From positions 640,001 through 704,000 of the forward strand of contig CAWJPJ010000007.1 of the NCBI GenBank assembly GCA_963844715.1: DNA of 64,000 nt, given 5' to 3'. The DNA is from an uncultured Phycisphaerales bacterium. Lineage in GTDB: Bacteria; Planctomycetota; Phycisphaerae; Tepidisphaerales; Tepidisphaeraceae. Each line of letters opens with the position of its first letter. Within the stretch, counting starts at the first letter, position 1. Positions 10,659 through 20,515 of the stretch are shown here, in pieces. The position numbers and the translations under genes were made by a program. The notes under the pieces are model-generated. The model was given only the letters and a program-made list of their open reading frames with translations, made no database searches and had not been told where the DNA came from.

Positions 10659-11573
10659 ATGTCGTTACGCTTCAATCCCTTACAGCATAGTTCACTCTTT
10701 ATGACTCCGCGCTATCTCAATGACGCGGATTCCTGGCTGGAGCACATTCCGTTCGGTTTCCTTGCCGTCGAACTTTGCCGGCCGGAAGTCATCGTGGAAT
10801 TGGGCGTCCACCGCGGCAATTCCTACTGCGCGTTTTGCCAGGCGGTTACCGATTTGGCAACGTCCACGCACTGCTTCGGAATCGACACCTGGCAGGGAGA
10901 TCCCCATGCGGGAACCTATGGCGACAACGTCCTTCAGGCTCTGCGGGCCTACCACGATCCCTGCTACGGCGCGTTTTCCCAACTCGTTCAGTCCACCTTC
11001 GACTCCGCAGCTGAACGCTTTGAAGAGGGCTCCGTCGATCTTCTGCATATCGACGGCCTGCACACCTACGAGGCCGTCAAGCACGATTTTCAAACCTGGC
11101 TTCCCAAGCTGACGGATTCGGGCATCGTCCTCTTTCACGATACGGCCGAGCGTCGCGATGATTTCGGGGTTTGGAAATTCTGGGCCGAGGTTTCAACCGC
11201 CTATCCCAGCTTCGAGTTCCAGCATTGCAAGGGGCTGGGAGTATTGGGAGTTGGACGCAATTTGCCGGGACCGTTCGCGCAGTTTCTTGAATCGGCAAAC
11301 GCCGCCCCGCAGCAAACCCGGCAGGCGTTCGTCGCCCTCGGCGGCAATCTTAAACTGAAATGTATTGCCGCCGCCCTGTTCGAGCAGCAGTCTCAGATCA
11401 ATCATTGGAAGGAGCACATCGGTAAGAGCGTTCTTCCTCAGTCCAATCAAAGGTCTGCGTGGCTGGCCGATCCGCTCGATTTGACCAGAGGTTTCTCCGC
11501 CGATATCTGCGACTTGATCGCCTCCAATCTTCAGCTCCGGGCAGATGCCAAAAAACAGATGAAGCTGGTCTAA
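10659..11573 (+). CDS. Class I SAM-dependent methyltransferase (Methyltransf_24-like), paralogue 1
   Basis: VELGVHRGNS, GIDTWQGD, DLLHIDGLHTYEAV, LFHDT. Confidence 0.85.
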   Translation: MSLRFNPLQHSSLFMTPRYLNDADSWLEHIPFGFLAVELCRPEVIVELGVHRGNSYCAFCQAVTDLATSTHCFGIDTWQGDPHAGTYGDNVLQALRAYHDPCYGAFSQLVQSTFDSAAERFEEGSVDLLHIDGLHTYEAVKHDFQTWLPKLTDSGIVLFHDTAERRDDFGVWKFWAEVSTAYPSFEFQHCKGLGVLGVGRNLPGPFAQFLESANAAPQQTRQAFVALGGNLKLKCIAAALFEQQSQINHWKEHIGKSVLPQSNQRSAWLADPLDLTRGFSADICDLIASNLQLRADAKKQMKLV

Positions 11574-12145
11574 GCGCAAATCCCATCCAGTGCGTCCTCC
11601 AGTCCCTTCTGCGGCGTAACCCACCAGATTTGTTTGTGGTGATGCACGGTCCCGATGATCGGGTGGCCGGGAAACGCCATAAAAAAATCGCTGCCGTGCA
11701 GTTTCTCAAGCAGCGATTGCAGAAATGTCGCAAAACTTTCGGACTCGCCTTCAACAAACTCAACCGCCGACCCGTCCGTTCGTGCCGCGATCGCCACCGG
11801 ATCCAACCCGATATTGCGAATTACTTCCGGCAGCCAGTCCGCCGCCCCATGCCGCAACTCAAACGACCAATGACTCCCCGGCATCATCCAAACTACGCCC
11901 GGCAGCACCTCCCGCCACGCCCGCAGCACCAGATTTGCCAAAGTCGCCTCGTATGGAAGCGCGACTTTCCGGGTATGCGATTTCAACGCCGGCCGGATTG
12001 TCGCATCATCCGGCCCGATCCAGGCCCGAATACGCGGGCGGCTCTCCAGCGTGTAACCAAACGCACCCCCGTTCGGATAATTGCAGTGCAGTCCCTGGCC
12101 CGTCAGTCGCTCGAGCACCTTCGCATAGTCGATGATGGTCGCCAT
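11570..12145 (-). CDS. Hypothetical protein
   Basis: 191-aa ORF filling the gap between MTase and tRNA; W-rich motifs (SHWSFEL, HHHKQIWW). Confidence 0.6.
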   Translation of the reverse strand: MATIIDYAKVLERLTGQGLHCNYPNGGAFGYTLESRPRIRAWIGPDDATIRPALKSHTRKVALPYEATLANLVLRAWREVLPGVVWMMPGSHWSFELRHGAADWLPEVIRNIGLDPVAIAARTDGSAVEFVEGESESFATFLQSLLEKLHGSDFFMAFPGHPIIGTVHHHKQIWWVTPQKGLEDALDGICA

Positions 12146-12284
12146 CCGCGGTTCCCGCCTTCGAAGTCTACTCCTATGCTTATATCGGGCCTGCGGCGCC
12201 TATCAATTCCATAAACGGGCCAATTTCGGGAATTGGCAGGGTCGATTGACTCCCCCGGCCAATCGTGTACAAAAAACCTCTCAC

Positions 12285-12358
12285 GGTGGTCGTAGCTCAG
12301 TTGGCAGAGCACAAGGTTGTGGTCCTTGGGGTCGCGGGTTCGAGCCCCGTCGACCACC
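12285..12358 (+). tRNA. tRNA-His (GTG), genomically encoded G-1, CCA not encoded
   Basis: Acceptor GTGGTCG/CGACCAC, D arm TAGCTCAGTTGGCAGAGC, anticodon arm CAAGG-TTGTGGT-CCTTG, T loop GGTTCGAGCC, discriminator C. Confidence 0.97.
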
Positions 12359-12412
12359 CTTTTTCTCCCCAAATTCATCAGCGCCCGAGTCGGCGCCCAT
12401 GGGTCAATTCCG

Positions 12413-13336
12413 ATGCGTTTCAACCTTTTTGACCACCCCATCGCCGCCATGGTTTCCGACTATTTCTGCCCGGCTTTCGCCTGGACGGGGCACGCTCCCT
12501 TCGCGTTTCTGGCCATCGAGCTTCTTCAACCCCGGGTCCTGGTCGAATTGGGCACGCACTACGGCGCATCCTATTGCGCCTTTTGCCAGGCCGTCGCGGA
12601 ATTGAAGCTTCGCACCCGCTGCCACGCCGTCGATAACTGGACCGGCGACAAGCACACCGGGCGATATTCCGGCGATATCCTCACCTTCCTGCGGAATCAT
12701 CACGATCCGCGCTATGCCTCTTTTTCCAGTCTGATGCAGATGACATTTGATGAGGCGGCCCCGAAATTCGCGGCGGGCTCCATCGATCTCCTGCACATCG
12801 ACGGCTCGCACGATTACGACGCCGTCAATCACGATTATCTAAACTGGAAGGACAAGCTCAGCGACCGAGGCGCAATCCTGTTCCACGACACCTTCGAAAA
12901 AGCTCCCGGCTTCGGCGTCCACCGCCTCTGGGCGGAACTATCCTCCCAATTCCCCAGCTTCGAATTCCATCACAATCACGGCCTGGGCATTCTCGCCGTA
13001 GGCAAAAATATTCCCGATCCCTTTATGGAATTTCTCGACGAAGCCCGGCAGCATCCGGCGGAGGTCCGCGAAACCTTCTCCACGCTCGGCCGCGCCAACG
13101 AGGCCAATTGCCAACTCCTCCTGACCGCCTATTGGGTCTACCAGGTCCAAACCGAGATTAATTCCTACCGCCGCCAGATCGGCCAGCCGGTCGATCCCGA
13201 TTCCGAAAACCTCGAGCTGGCCATGCAAAAAAGCGAAACCTATCTCTTTAATACCCTCAAACAGTTCGGTGCTATCATTCAGCAGCTTTCGGAGATGCAG
13301 CGCACCATCAGCGCCGGAATAAATAAATCGTGCTGA
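12413..13336 (+). CDS. Class I SAM-dependent methyltransferase (Methyltransf_24-like), paralogue 2
   Basis: [37 protein letters not shown]; colinear with 10659..11573. Confidence 0.85.
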   Translation: MRFNLFDHPIAAMVSDYFCPAFAWTGHAPFAFLAIELLQPRVLVELGTHYGASYCAFCQAVAELKLRTRCHAVDNWTGDKHTGRYSGDILTFLRNHHDPRYASFSSLMQMTFDEAAPKFAAGSIDLLHIDGSHDYDAVNHDYLNWKDKLSDRGAILFHDTFEKAPGFGVHRLWAELSSQFPSFEFHHNHGLGILAVGKNIPDPFMEFLDEARQHPAEVRETFSTLGRANEANCQLLLTAYWVYQVQTEINSYRRQIGQPVDPDSENLELAMQKSETYLFNTLKQFGAIIQQLSEMQRTISAGINKSC

Positions 13337-14104
13337 CCAAACGTATCATTCCCTGTCTGGACGTTGATCGCGGGCGCGTCGTCAAAGGCGTCAAATTCTT
13401 CGACCACGTCGACGCCGGCGACCCCGTCGCCCAGGCCCGCAAATATCAGGAGGATGGCGCGGACGAACTGGTCTTCTACGACATCTCCGCCAGCCACGAG
13501 GGGCGGCAGATCATGGCCGACCTGGTCCGTCAGGTCATGGACCAGATTTTCATGCCCCTGACCGTAGGCGGCGGCATTCGCACCCTCGACGACGCGACGG
13601 ATTTGATCCAGGCTGGCGCGGAAAAAGTGAGCCTCAATTCCGCCGCCGTGAAAAATCCCAATCTGCTCGCCGAAGTTGCCCGAAAATTCGGCCGCTGCGC
13701 CACCGTGCTCGGCCTGGACGCCAATCGCGTCAAGGGTTCCGACGGAACCGAAATCTGGGAAGTCTTCATCAACGGCGGCCGTGTGCCGACGGGGGTGCAG
13801 CGTAATGGATTGGGCCAAGAAAGCGGAGTCACTGGGCGCCGGAGAAATCGTCCTGAACGTCATGAATTCCGACGGCACGACGGAGGGTTACGACATCGAA
13901 ATGACGGCGGCGGTCAGCGACGCCGTGAAAATCCCCGTCGTAGCCAGTGGCGGGGCGGGGAGTCCGCAGCACATGCTGGATGTGTTAACCACCGGCCACG
14001 CCGATGCGGCGCTGGCGGCGAGTATTTTTCATTTTGGGAAATTCTCGGTGGGACAGGTGAAACAGTTCCTCTCCCAACACGACGTGCCCGTCCGACTCAT
14101 CTGA
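13330..14104 (+). CDS. hisF: Imidazole glycerol phosphate synthase cyclase subunit; frameshift near 13800
   Basis: [52 protein letters not shown]. Confidence 0.95.
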
Positions 14105-14106
14105 AA

Positions 14107-15360
14107 TTACTGATACTGCAGCACAAGCAAATACCCGTCGGGATCAACGACCGAGAACTGAAGGACTCCGTTTACGGCGATGAGATCGCCTGTTTTGATC
14201 CCGGCCGCCGCCGCGCTATCGTGCATTTCGGAAAATTGATCGCGACTGAAATTCATTCCGCTGAGCGCATTCAGCTGCAACTGATCTTTCCGCCGCGCGG
14301 CTCGATCCGCGTCGGTGGTGTCTCCCTGGACGAATTTGATCCGTACGATGCCGCCTTTCACTTGAGTGCCGGGCGGATTTGTGCTTGGGGCATCGTCGAT
14401 GACGAAGCCAAATTTGCTGTAAAAATCGACGCTCTTCTGAATGTTGGCGACGGTCAGAACTAGGATCGGCGCGTAATGGATTTCGCCGCTGGTGGTCGAG
14501 GGACCGGTCTGCGCTTGGTCGGCAACCGCGCCCGGCTGAGCCGCCTCTCTGAATATGAATTGAATATGAGTAACCGCAACGGGAATCAAAGCCAGCAGAC
14601 AAATCGCCCCGATCCATTTGATCTTGTTCCAAATCAGCATGCGAATCGCTCCTTTCGCCAAAGTGATTGACGTTCCGACCGCCCCCGGGGAATGAGCCGC
14701 CGTGAGCGCCGCCGTTGCCAGTGTCGGAGAACGAAACGCCGCCGCATGCACCGCGTACCGCTGTAGCCAGCTCGTCAGCGCACCGACCGACCGTGCGGAA
14801 ACTTCGGTCGTCGCTCCCGTCCCAGCCAACCGAACCCTTAGCTTTTCAACCGCTCGATCAACTCGTTTTCTCGCTGCGTCCTCCGAAATCGAAAGCGCTA
14901 ATCCGACTTCCGCCAGCGACCTCTGCTCATAAAACCGCAGGAGTACCGCGGTCCGATCCATGCCGCCAAGATTGGCCACGGCGAGATCGAGCGCTTCGGA
15001 AATCACGTCGTCGGCCGCGTCCGACCTTTCGTCCGTCGTTCTGATCGGTCGCATCGTCGCAGCCGCCGCCTCATGCTTTTTCCGCCGCGCTTCCCCGCGG
15101 GCGGCGTTCGCCGCCGCATATCTCGCCACGCCAAACAGCCACGCCGACAAGACCGTCCCTTCCTTGATGCCCCGCGCCCGCCGCGCCAGGACGATAAAGA
15201 CGGCCTGCGTCACATCGTCCGCTAGATGTTCATCGTGGACGCGCCGAACCGCCACCGAATGCACCCAATCCCGGTGCCGCGCAACCAGCTCGGTAAATGC
15301 CTCCCGAGAGCCCGCGCGCACATATTCCGCAAGAAGTTCGGAATCACTTCTCGAGTTCAT
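14107..15360 (-). CDS. ECF sigma factor with TM extension and C-terminal VOC (glyoxalase/bleomycin-resistance-like) domain
   Basis: Sigma2 ([17 protein letters not shown]), sigma4 ([15 protein letters not shown]), [22 protein letters not shown] motifs [13 protein letters not shown] and VVDPDGY. Confidence 0.8.
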   Translation of the reverse strand: MNSRSDSELLAEYVRAGSREAFTELVARHRDWVHSVAVRRVHDEHLADDVTQAVFIVLARRARGIKEGTVLSAWLFGVARYAAANAARGEARRKKHEAAAATMRPIRTTDERSDAADDVISEALDLAVANLGGMDRTAVLLRFYEQRSLAEVGLALSISEDAARKRVDRAVEKLRVRLAGTGATTEVSARSVGALTSWLQRYAVHAAAFRSPTLATAALTAAHSPGAVGTSITLAKGAIRMLIWNKIKWIGAICLLALIPVAVTHIQFIFREAAQPGAVADQAQTGPSTTSGEIHYAPILVLTVANIQKSVDFYSKFGFVIDDAPSTNPPGTQVKGGIVRIKFVQGDTTDADRAARRKDQLQLNALSGMNFSRDQFSEMHDSAAAAGIKTGDLIAVNGVLQFSVVDPDGYLLVLQYQ

Positions 15361-15401
15361 GTATTCATCCGTAAATCTCCGCTTGGACGACGACCGGACA
15401 A
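15102..15401. repeat. 300-bp direct repeat, copy 1 (sigma2 region plus 41 bp upstream)
   Basis: Matches 16634-16933 with 3 mismatches by eye. Confidence 0.9.
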
Positions 15402-15444
15402 CAAATTAATTGGCGGCTTGAGGGCTCGTCCGGCTGGTCTGACT

Positions 15445-16892
15445 CTACGGTCTTGTGGCCGGCCCGGTCGTGGGCGGATTCACTTCGGAATTCATGGCTT
15501 CAAATATCCGCCTCGCTTCTTCGCTGGTGAATCCATTTCCTCCCCCCGTGATGATTGCCGATCCGCCTGTAACGGGCGAGTTAAGCCTTGGGGCGGTGAC
15601 GATCACATTTCCGCAAAGGACTGCCAATCGCGCGTGTTGTTCCCGCTGTGCGGTGAGATTGAACCAACGGGTGGTCAAATCGCTGAAAAGCTCAGCTCCA
15701 TGAGCGTCAAACTCTATTGCAATTGCCAGACTTCCATTGAGCGTCCGACGCGGGACAACTCTTGCGAAGCTCCACCCGGGGTTACTCGACTGATCCATCG
15801 ACGCCTCCGGCGTCACCAGCACAGGCATGAATCGTTTTCCGCTCCATTCCCGCGTTTCGGGTGGTGTTCCCGATTGGTCAAAATCCTGCGGATGTCGCAC
15901 CTCGACCCAGCGAACGGTATCCCCTGGCTGAACGGCCGGCCCAGGTCCTCCGGGTGCAAGCCGCAAGTCCATTGCGTTCAAATCGTCGACGCGGGTGGTC
16001 GCGTAATCGGCGATGATGTGGAACTCCACCGTCGCGGGCTGGGTTTGCTGCTCGCCCGCGACCGCGCCCGTCTGAGCCGCTTCTCTGAATATGAATTGAA
16101 TATGAGGAACCGCAACCGGAATCAGAGCCAGCAGACAAATCGCCGCGATCCATTTGATCTTGTTCCAAATCAGCATTCGAATCGCTCCTTTCGCCAAAGT
16201 AATAGATGCCCCGACCGCCCCCGGGGGATGAGCCGCCGCGAGCACCGCCGTTGCTAGTGCATGCGCCTGTATATTCGCGACATGCACTCCGTTCTGATCC
16301 ATCCAGCTCGCGATTGCCGCGGTGGAGAGCCCCGACACGGGGGCGCCTGTCCCGGCCAGCTTGCGCCGCAGCTTTTCCACAGCGCGGCTCGATGCGCTTT
16401 CTTGCCGCCTCTTCTGAAATCGCCAGAGCCTGTCCCACTTCGGCCAGCGACTTGCGCTCATAAAACCGCAGCAAAACCGCCGTTCGGTCCCTGCTTCCAA
16501 GATTCGCCACCGCGCAGATCCAATTCCCCGGCGATCGCGTCGTCCGCCTCTGATGATGTTTCGATCGCCGTTTCTCGTTGCTTCATCGCCGCCGCGGCTG
16601 TTTCGTGGCGTTTGCGGCGCGATTCCCCGCGCACGGCGTTCGTCGCCGCATATCTCGCCACGCCAAACAGCCACGCCGACAAGACCGTCCCTTCCTTGAT
16701 GCCCCGCGCCCGCCGCGCCAGGACGATAAAGACGGCCTGCGTCACATCGTCCGCTAGATGTTCATCGTGGACGCGCCGAACCGCCACCGAATGCACCCAA
16801 TCCCGGTGCCGCGCAACCAGCTCGGTAAATGCCTCCCGAGAGCCCGCGCGCACATATTCCGCAAGAAGTTCGGAATCACTTCTCGAGTTCAT
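15445..16892 (-). CDS. ECF sigma factor with TM extension and C-terminal SecD/SecF P1-head-like domain; two frameshifts
   Basis: Same N-terminus as the neighbour; sigma4 in frame 15878..16510; C-terminal IEFDAHGAELFSDLT...RLAV...TAPRLNSPVTGGSAIITGG. Confidence 0.75.
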
Positions 16893-16933
16893 GCATTCAT
16901 CCGTAAATCTCCGCTTGGACGAAGACCGGACAA
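16634..16933. repeat. 300-bp direct repeat, copy 2
   Basis: Matches 15102-15401. Confidence 0.9.
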
Positions 16934-16937
16934 AAAT

Positions 16938-17660
16938 TTACTTTGCGGCTGTCGCCCCAGGGGCCGGATAGTTGCTGCTTTGCAGATAAGCCGTGACCGC
17001 TCTTCGAAGCTGCTTTTGAATCGCCCGCGGGTCCTGCTGGGCGTCGACACACTTAAAGTCGTATTCCTCGACCATCAAATTGAATTGCTCGATCAACTCC
17101 GACTGATACGCCACGAAGCTGTCGTATAGATCGTCCCCGTAATTCATGTCCAGGCCGCTCTCCCAGTAATTCATCTTCCCCGCTTCCAAAACGCGCGGGA
17201 CGAGCTTGTCGGCGCCAAGCTGAAGATAGAAAACCAGGTCCGGCTGCACCGCGAATCCAAAAAGGTCGCGCAGCCATTGCTTGTCCGCCCCGCGGGCGAT
17301 GCCTCGGGCCAAAAGCGTGTAGATGTATCGATCCGCCAAGACGATGAACCCGCTGCGCAGCGCCGGGATAATCTGGTATTCCATTCGATCCGCCAGATCG
17401 ACGGCATACATCAGGCAATACGTCAATCGATGCAGCGAGTGCCCCTGCTTGGCGTCGGTGATCGCCTGACCGACGAGTTTGCTGCGCGTCCAGCCGGTGT
17501 CGATGACGGCGTATCCCTGCACCTCGAGCCATTCTTTCAGCAGAATCGATTGGGTGCTTCGGCCACAGCCGTCGGTGCCCTCGATGACGATCAATTTCCC
17601 CGAGCACCCGTCGGACGGGAGATACGGCATCGCATGGCCCATGTAATGGAATGCGCTCAT
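16938..17660 (-). CDS. Thymidylate-kinase-like protein B (Walker A GCGRST)
   Basis: GKLIVIEGTDGCGRSTQ, IVLADRYIYT, PDLVFYL; ATGA overlap with upstream paralogue. Confidence 0.8.
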   Translation of the reverse strand: MSAFHYMGHAMPYLPSDGCSGKLIVIEGTDGCGRSTQSILLKEWLEVQGYAVIDTGWTRSKLVGQAITDAKQGHSLHRLTYCLMYAVDLADRMEYQIIPALRSGFIVLADRYIYTLLARGIARGADKQWLRDLFGFAVQPDLVFYLQLGADKLVPRVLEAGKMNYWESGLDMNYGDDLYDSFVAYQSELIEQFNLMVEEYDFKCVDAQQDPRAIQKQLRRAVTAYLQSSNYPAPGATAAK

Positions 17661-18367
17661 GACGCGGCCCCCTCTGCCGCGGCCGCTATCGAATGCTGCG
17701 CCCTATAGTCCGCCAGAATCTCGTCCAGATGCCGCCGAACCTGCTGCTGCTGATCGCCGATGCTTTGCGTCGCGTCGATCTCCGTCAGGCCATATTCCTT
17801 CACGATGCTGGAGTATTCGCCGAGAATGCGACCCTGAAAAATCTTGAAGCTGCTGACCAGATCGCTCGCCAGGCCCAAATCCATGCCGCACTCATAGTCC
17901 TTCAATTTGGCGCGCCCGGAAACCAGCCGCGTGACGCTCACGTCGATCGGCACATTGAAATAGAGCGCCAAATCCGGCCGGGGGGCAAATTGATACACCT
18001 CGCGAACCCAATTCCTCTCGCATCCCCGGATGACGTCCCGCGCAAACGCGGTGTAGATATATCGGTCCGCCAGCACGATCATCCCCGCCTTCAGCGGCGG
18101 CAGAATCGAATGCACCAGCCGATGCGCAAAATCCGTCGCGTGCAAAAGGGAAAACGTCATTGGCGTTAGGGACATCTTCTTCTTCCCTTTTTTTGTGATC
18201 GCCTTGACGAGGTCCGCGCTGTTCCATTCCGTAAAGAACGGCCGAAACCCCCGAGCCTGGAGATAGCGCATCGCCAGTTGCAATTGCGTGCTCTTCCCTG
18301 ACCCGTCGATTCCCTCGACGATGATCAGCTTTCCCGGAAACGAATGCGGCGTGATGAGCGAATCCAT
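17657..18367 (-). CDS. Thymidylate-kinase-like protein A (Walker A GSGKST)
   Basis: GKLIIVEGIDGSGKSTQ, IVLADRYIYT, PDLALYF. Confidence 0.8.
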   Translation of the reverse strand: MDSLITPHSFPGKLIIVEGIDGSGKSTQLQLAMRYLQARGFRPFFTEWNSADLVKAITKKGKKKMSLTPMTFSLLHATDFAHRLVHSILPPLKAGMIVLADRYIYTAFARDVIRGCERNWVREVYQFAPRPDLALYFNVPIDVSVTRLVSGRAKLKDYECGMDLGLASDLVSSFKIFQGRILGEYSSIVKEYGLTEIDATQSIGDQQQQVRRHLDEILADYRAQHSIAAAAEGAAS

Positions 18368-18372
18368 ACGAT

Positions 18373-19971
18373 CTATCTCTTGGCCAGACTAAACTCGATC
18401 GGCCTTCCAAATACTCTTTTGAACCAATCCATCTTCCGGCGCACTCCCCAGATTTCCAATTCCGCGTCGCTCTTGGCGACGAGCACGCATTTTATCTTCT
18501 TCTTCCCAACTCGACAGCGCAAGTCCTGGATCACGCTTCCATGGCTTCGATCCAACCCATCCGACAATCGCAACAGCGCCGCCCCCACGTCCACAACCTG
18601 CCTCAATCGCGGCGGGAGCGACGCGTAGACGTCGTGGCTCCGCCCCGGAACGGCCTTGCGATGATATCGGGCGATATTGGCGATCACCTTGATCTCATCG
18701 TCCGAGAAATTCTTCAAATCCCCGTGCAGAATGAGGTACATGCTGTGCTTGTGATGCCCGCTGCGGCCGATGTGCCAGCCGATGTCGTGCAGAAGCGCTC
18801 CATATTCGATCAGCTCGCGCTCCACGGCGTTCATCCCGTGCAGCGATTTCAATTCGTCAAACAATTTCAGGCAGGTTTCCGCCACGTGCAGGCTGTGGGT
18901 CTTGTGCCAGTCGCACCGCCGGGCCAGGTCGATCACGCTTCGCCGCCGCGCATCCGGCACCTCGCGGCGAATCGCCAGGTCCGGCAAATGCCGCGAAAGA
19001 TAATCGAGCAAAATTCCCTCGCGCAAAGCCATCGGGCAGATATCGATCCGCTTCAGATGCAGTTTATCGAATAGTTCCCCAACGAGCACCGCACCGGCGA
19101 CGATCTGATCCTTCCTCTGATCGTCCAATCCGCGAATGCGAGCTCGTTCCTTGGTGCGGCTTTCGAGCAATTCCGCCAGGAGCCTTTCAAACGCATGCCG
19201 TTCGATGAACGGATGCGCCGCTCCGCTGCCGTTCCCGCCCGATTCCGAGCTGCACATCGCCGCCAGGTTTTCCAGCGTGCCGCTGGTCCCAATCGCCTTG
19301 ACGGGTTTGAGCGTCTTGATCTGCTCGAACAGGCCGGAGAGTTCCCGCTCGTAATGCTTCCGCAATTGCAACAGCTCGCGCTCGCCGATGGGGTCGGACT
19401 TGACGAACTGCGCCGTCATGCGCACCGCCCCCAATTTGCGGCTCTCGAGCATCTGGGCGTTCTTCTCATCCCCGACGATGAATTCCACGCTTCCGCCGCC
19501 GATATCGATCATCAAATGCGGCTGCCCCCTCAGCGGCATCGCGTGTCTCACCGCCAGATAAATCAGCCGCGCCTCTTCGCGTGCGCTTACGACGCGAAGA
19601 TAGAGCCCCAGTTCCCGCCGCGCGCGTTCGAGGAGATCACCGCCGTTCTCGGCTTCGCGCACAGCGCTGGTCGCGACGGCCACGATTTTTTCGGCTTGCC
19701 TCTGATGGGCCGCCTGCTGAAACCGCTCCAGGGCCGCGATCGCCCGATCGATCGAATCGCGCGATAGCCGCCGGGATGGGAAGCTCATGCGTCCCAGCCC
19801 GACCATCTCCTTGAGCCGCCAAAGCGTGGTAATTCCCCCATCGGCGTCCGCCTGCGCGACGATCATGTGGATGCTGTTGGAACCAACATCGATGGCCGCG
19901 AGCCGCAGCGATTCGCGCACGGCGCCTTTGCCTCCCAAGCGATGCGAAGATGCGGTGCCCGTGGACGCCAT
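18373..19971 (-). CDS. ppx: Ppx/GppA exopolyphosphatase with C-terminal HD domain
   Basis: AIDVGSNS, ATSAVREAEN, DIGGGSVE, LREG, ALLHDIG. Confidence 0.9.
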   Translation of the reverse strand: MASTGTASSHRLGGKGAVRESLRLAAIDVGSNSIHMIVAQADADGGITTLWRLKEMVGLGRMSFPSRRLSRDSIDRAIAALERFQQAAHQRQAEKIVAVATSAVREAENGGDLLERARRELGLYLRVVSAREEARLIYLAVRHAMPLRGQPHLMIDIGGGSVEFIVGDEKNAQMLESRKLGAVRMTAQFVKSDPIGERELLQLRKHYERELSGLFEQIKTLKPVKAIGTSGTLENLAAMCSSESGGNGSGAAHPFIERHAFERLLAELLESRTKERARIRGLDDQRKDQIVAGAVLVGELFDKLHLKRIDICPMALREGILLDYLSRHLPDLAIRREVPDARRRSVIDLARRCDWHKTHSLHVAETCLKLFDELKSLHGMNAVERELIEYGALLHDIGWHIGRSGHHKHSMYLILHGDLKNFSDDEIKVIANIARYHRKAVPGRSHDVYASLPPRLRQVVDVGAALLRLSDGLDRSHGSVIQDLRCRVGKKKIKCVLVAKSDAELEIWGVRRKMDWFKRVFGRPIEFSLAKR

Positions 19972-20007
19972 ACGCCGCCGTAACAATATAGCAGCCCGAT
20001 GACCGCT

Positions 20008-20420
20008 TTATATAAATAACCCGGGATCAACGGAAAACCGGTCTCCGAGTCGGCGGCGTGATCCGCCGTAATGGGCCTTTGGCCGCTGAGGACCATGGAA
20101 ATCGCGCTGGGGCCAATTCCCAGAAGTTCCGCCAATTCTCCTTGTTTCAGGCCATTGTGCTGCATGAGAAATCGCAACACCTCCCGGGGTGTAGCGTCGT
20201 GCTGTGGAAATGGATAGTGCTCCCGATCATACGCTTCGATCAGCAGCGATAGCGTTTCAAGATAGTCCGCCTCGCCGGCATCGAGCGATTCTTCACGGAC
20301 GGCAAGTTTGTCCAGAATTGCGGAGGCCTGCCGGTATTGAAGCGCGGAGCGAATCGGCCGGAGCGGAAATTGCCGCATCAGGCGGGAATAGGATGCCGGG
20401 ATTTTGGTTGCCGCGGTCAT
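20008..20420 (-). CDS. HigA-like XRE HTH antitoxin (orphan); frameshift near 20055
   Basis: YLETLSLLIEAYDREHYP, LRFLMQHNGLKQGELAELLG...SMVLSGQR; ends RFSVDPGLFI in the shifted frame. Confidence 0.75.
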
Positions 20421-20457
20421 GACGCCACACTTCTGTGACGCATCATACCAGCCGCAC

Positions 20458-20487
20458 AAAGCCAACGGATACCCATCCGTTGGCTTT
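20458..20487. repeat. REP-like palindrome, empty form
   Basis: AAAGCCAACGGAT-ACCC-ATCCGTTGGCTTT. Confidence 0.8.
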
Positions 20488-20515
20488 CCCCACCGTGCGT
20501 CTATAATCCGCCTCC

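Noticed and set aside
12285..12358. tRNA-His as an integration site for an island
   Set aside because: No duplicated tRNA 3' end and no integrase noticed; flanking genes are host-like.
12317..12412. N-terminal extension of the second methyltransferase
   Set aside because: It overlaps the tRNA; ATG 12413 aligns with the paralogue's start (RFN).
14525..16933. Diversity-generating retroelement TR/VR pair in the ECF repeats
   Set aside because: No reverse transcriptase in the window, both copies are coding, and the repeats cover the constant rather than the variable parts.
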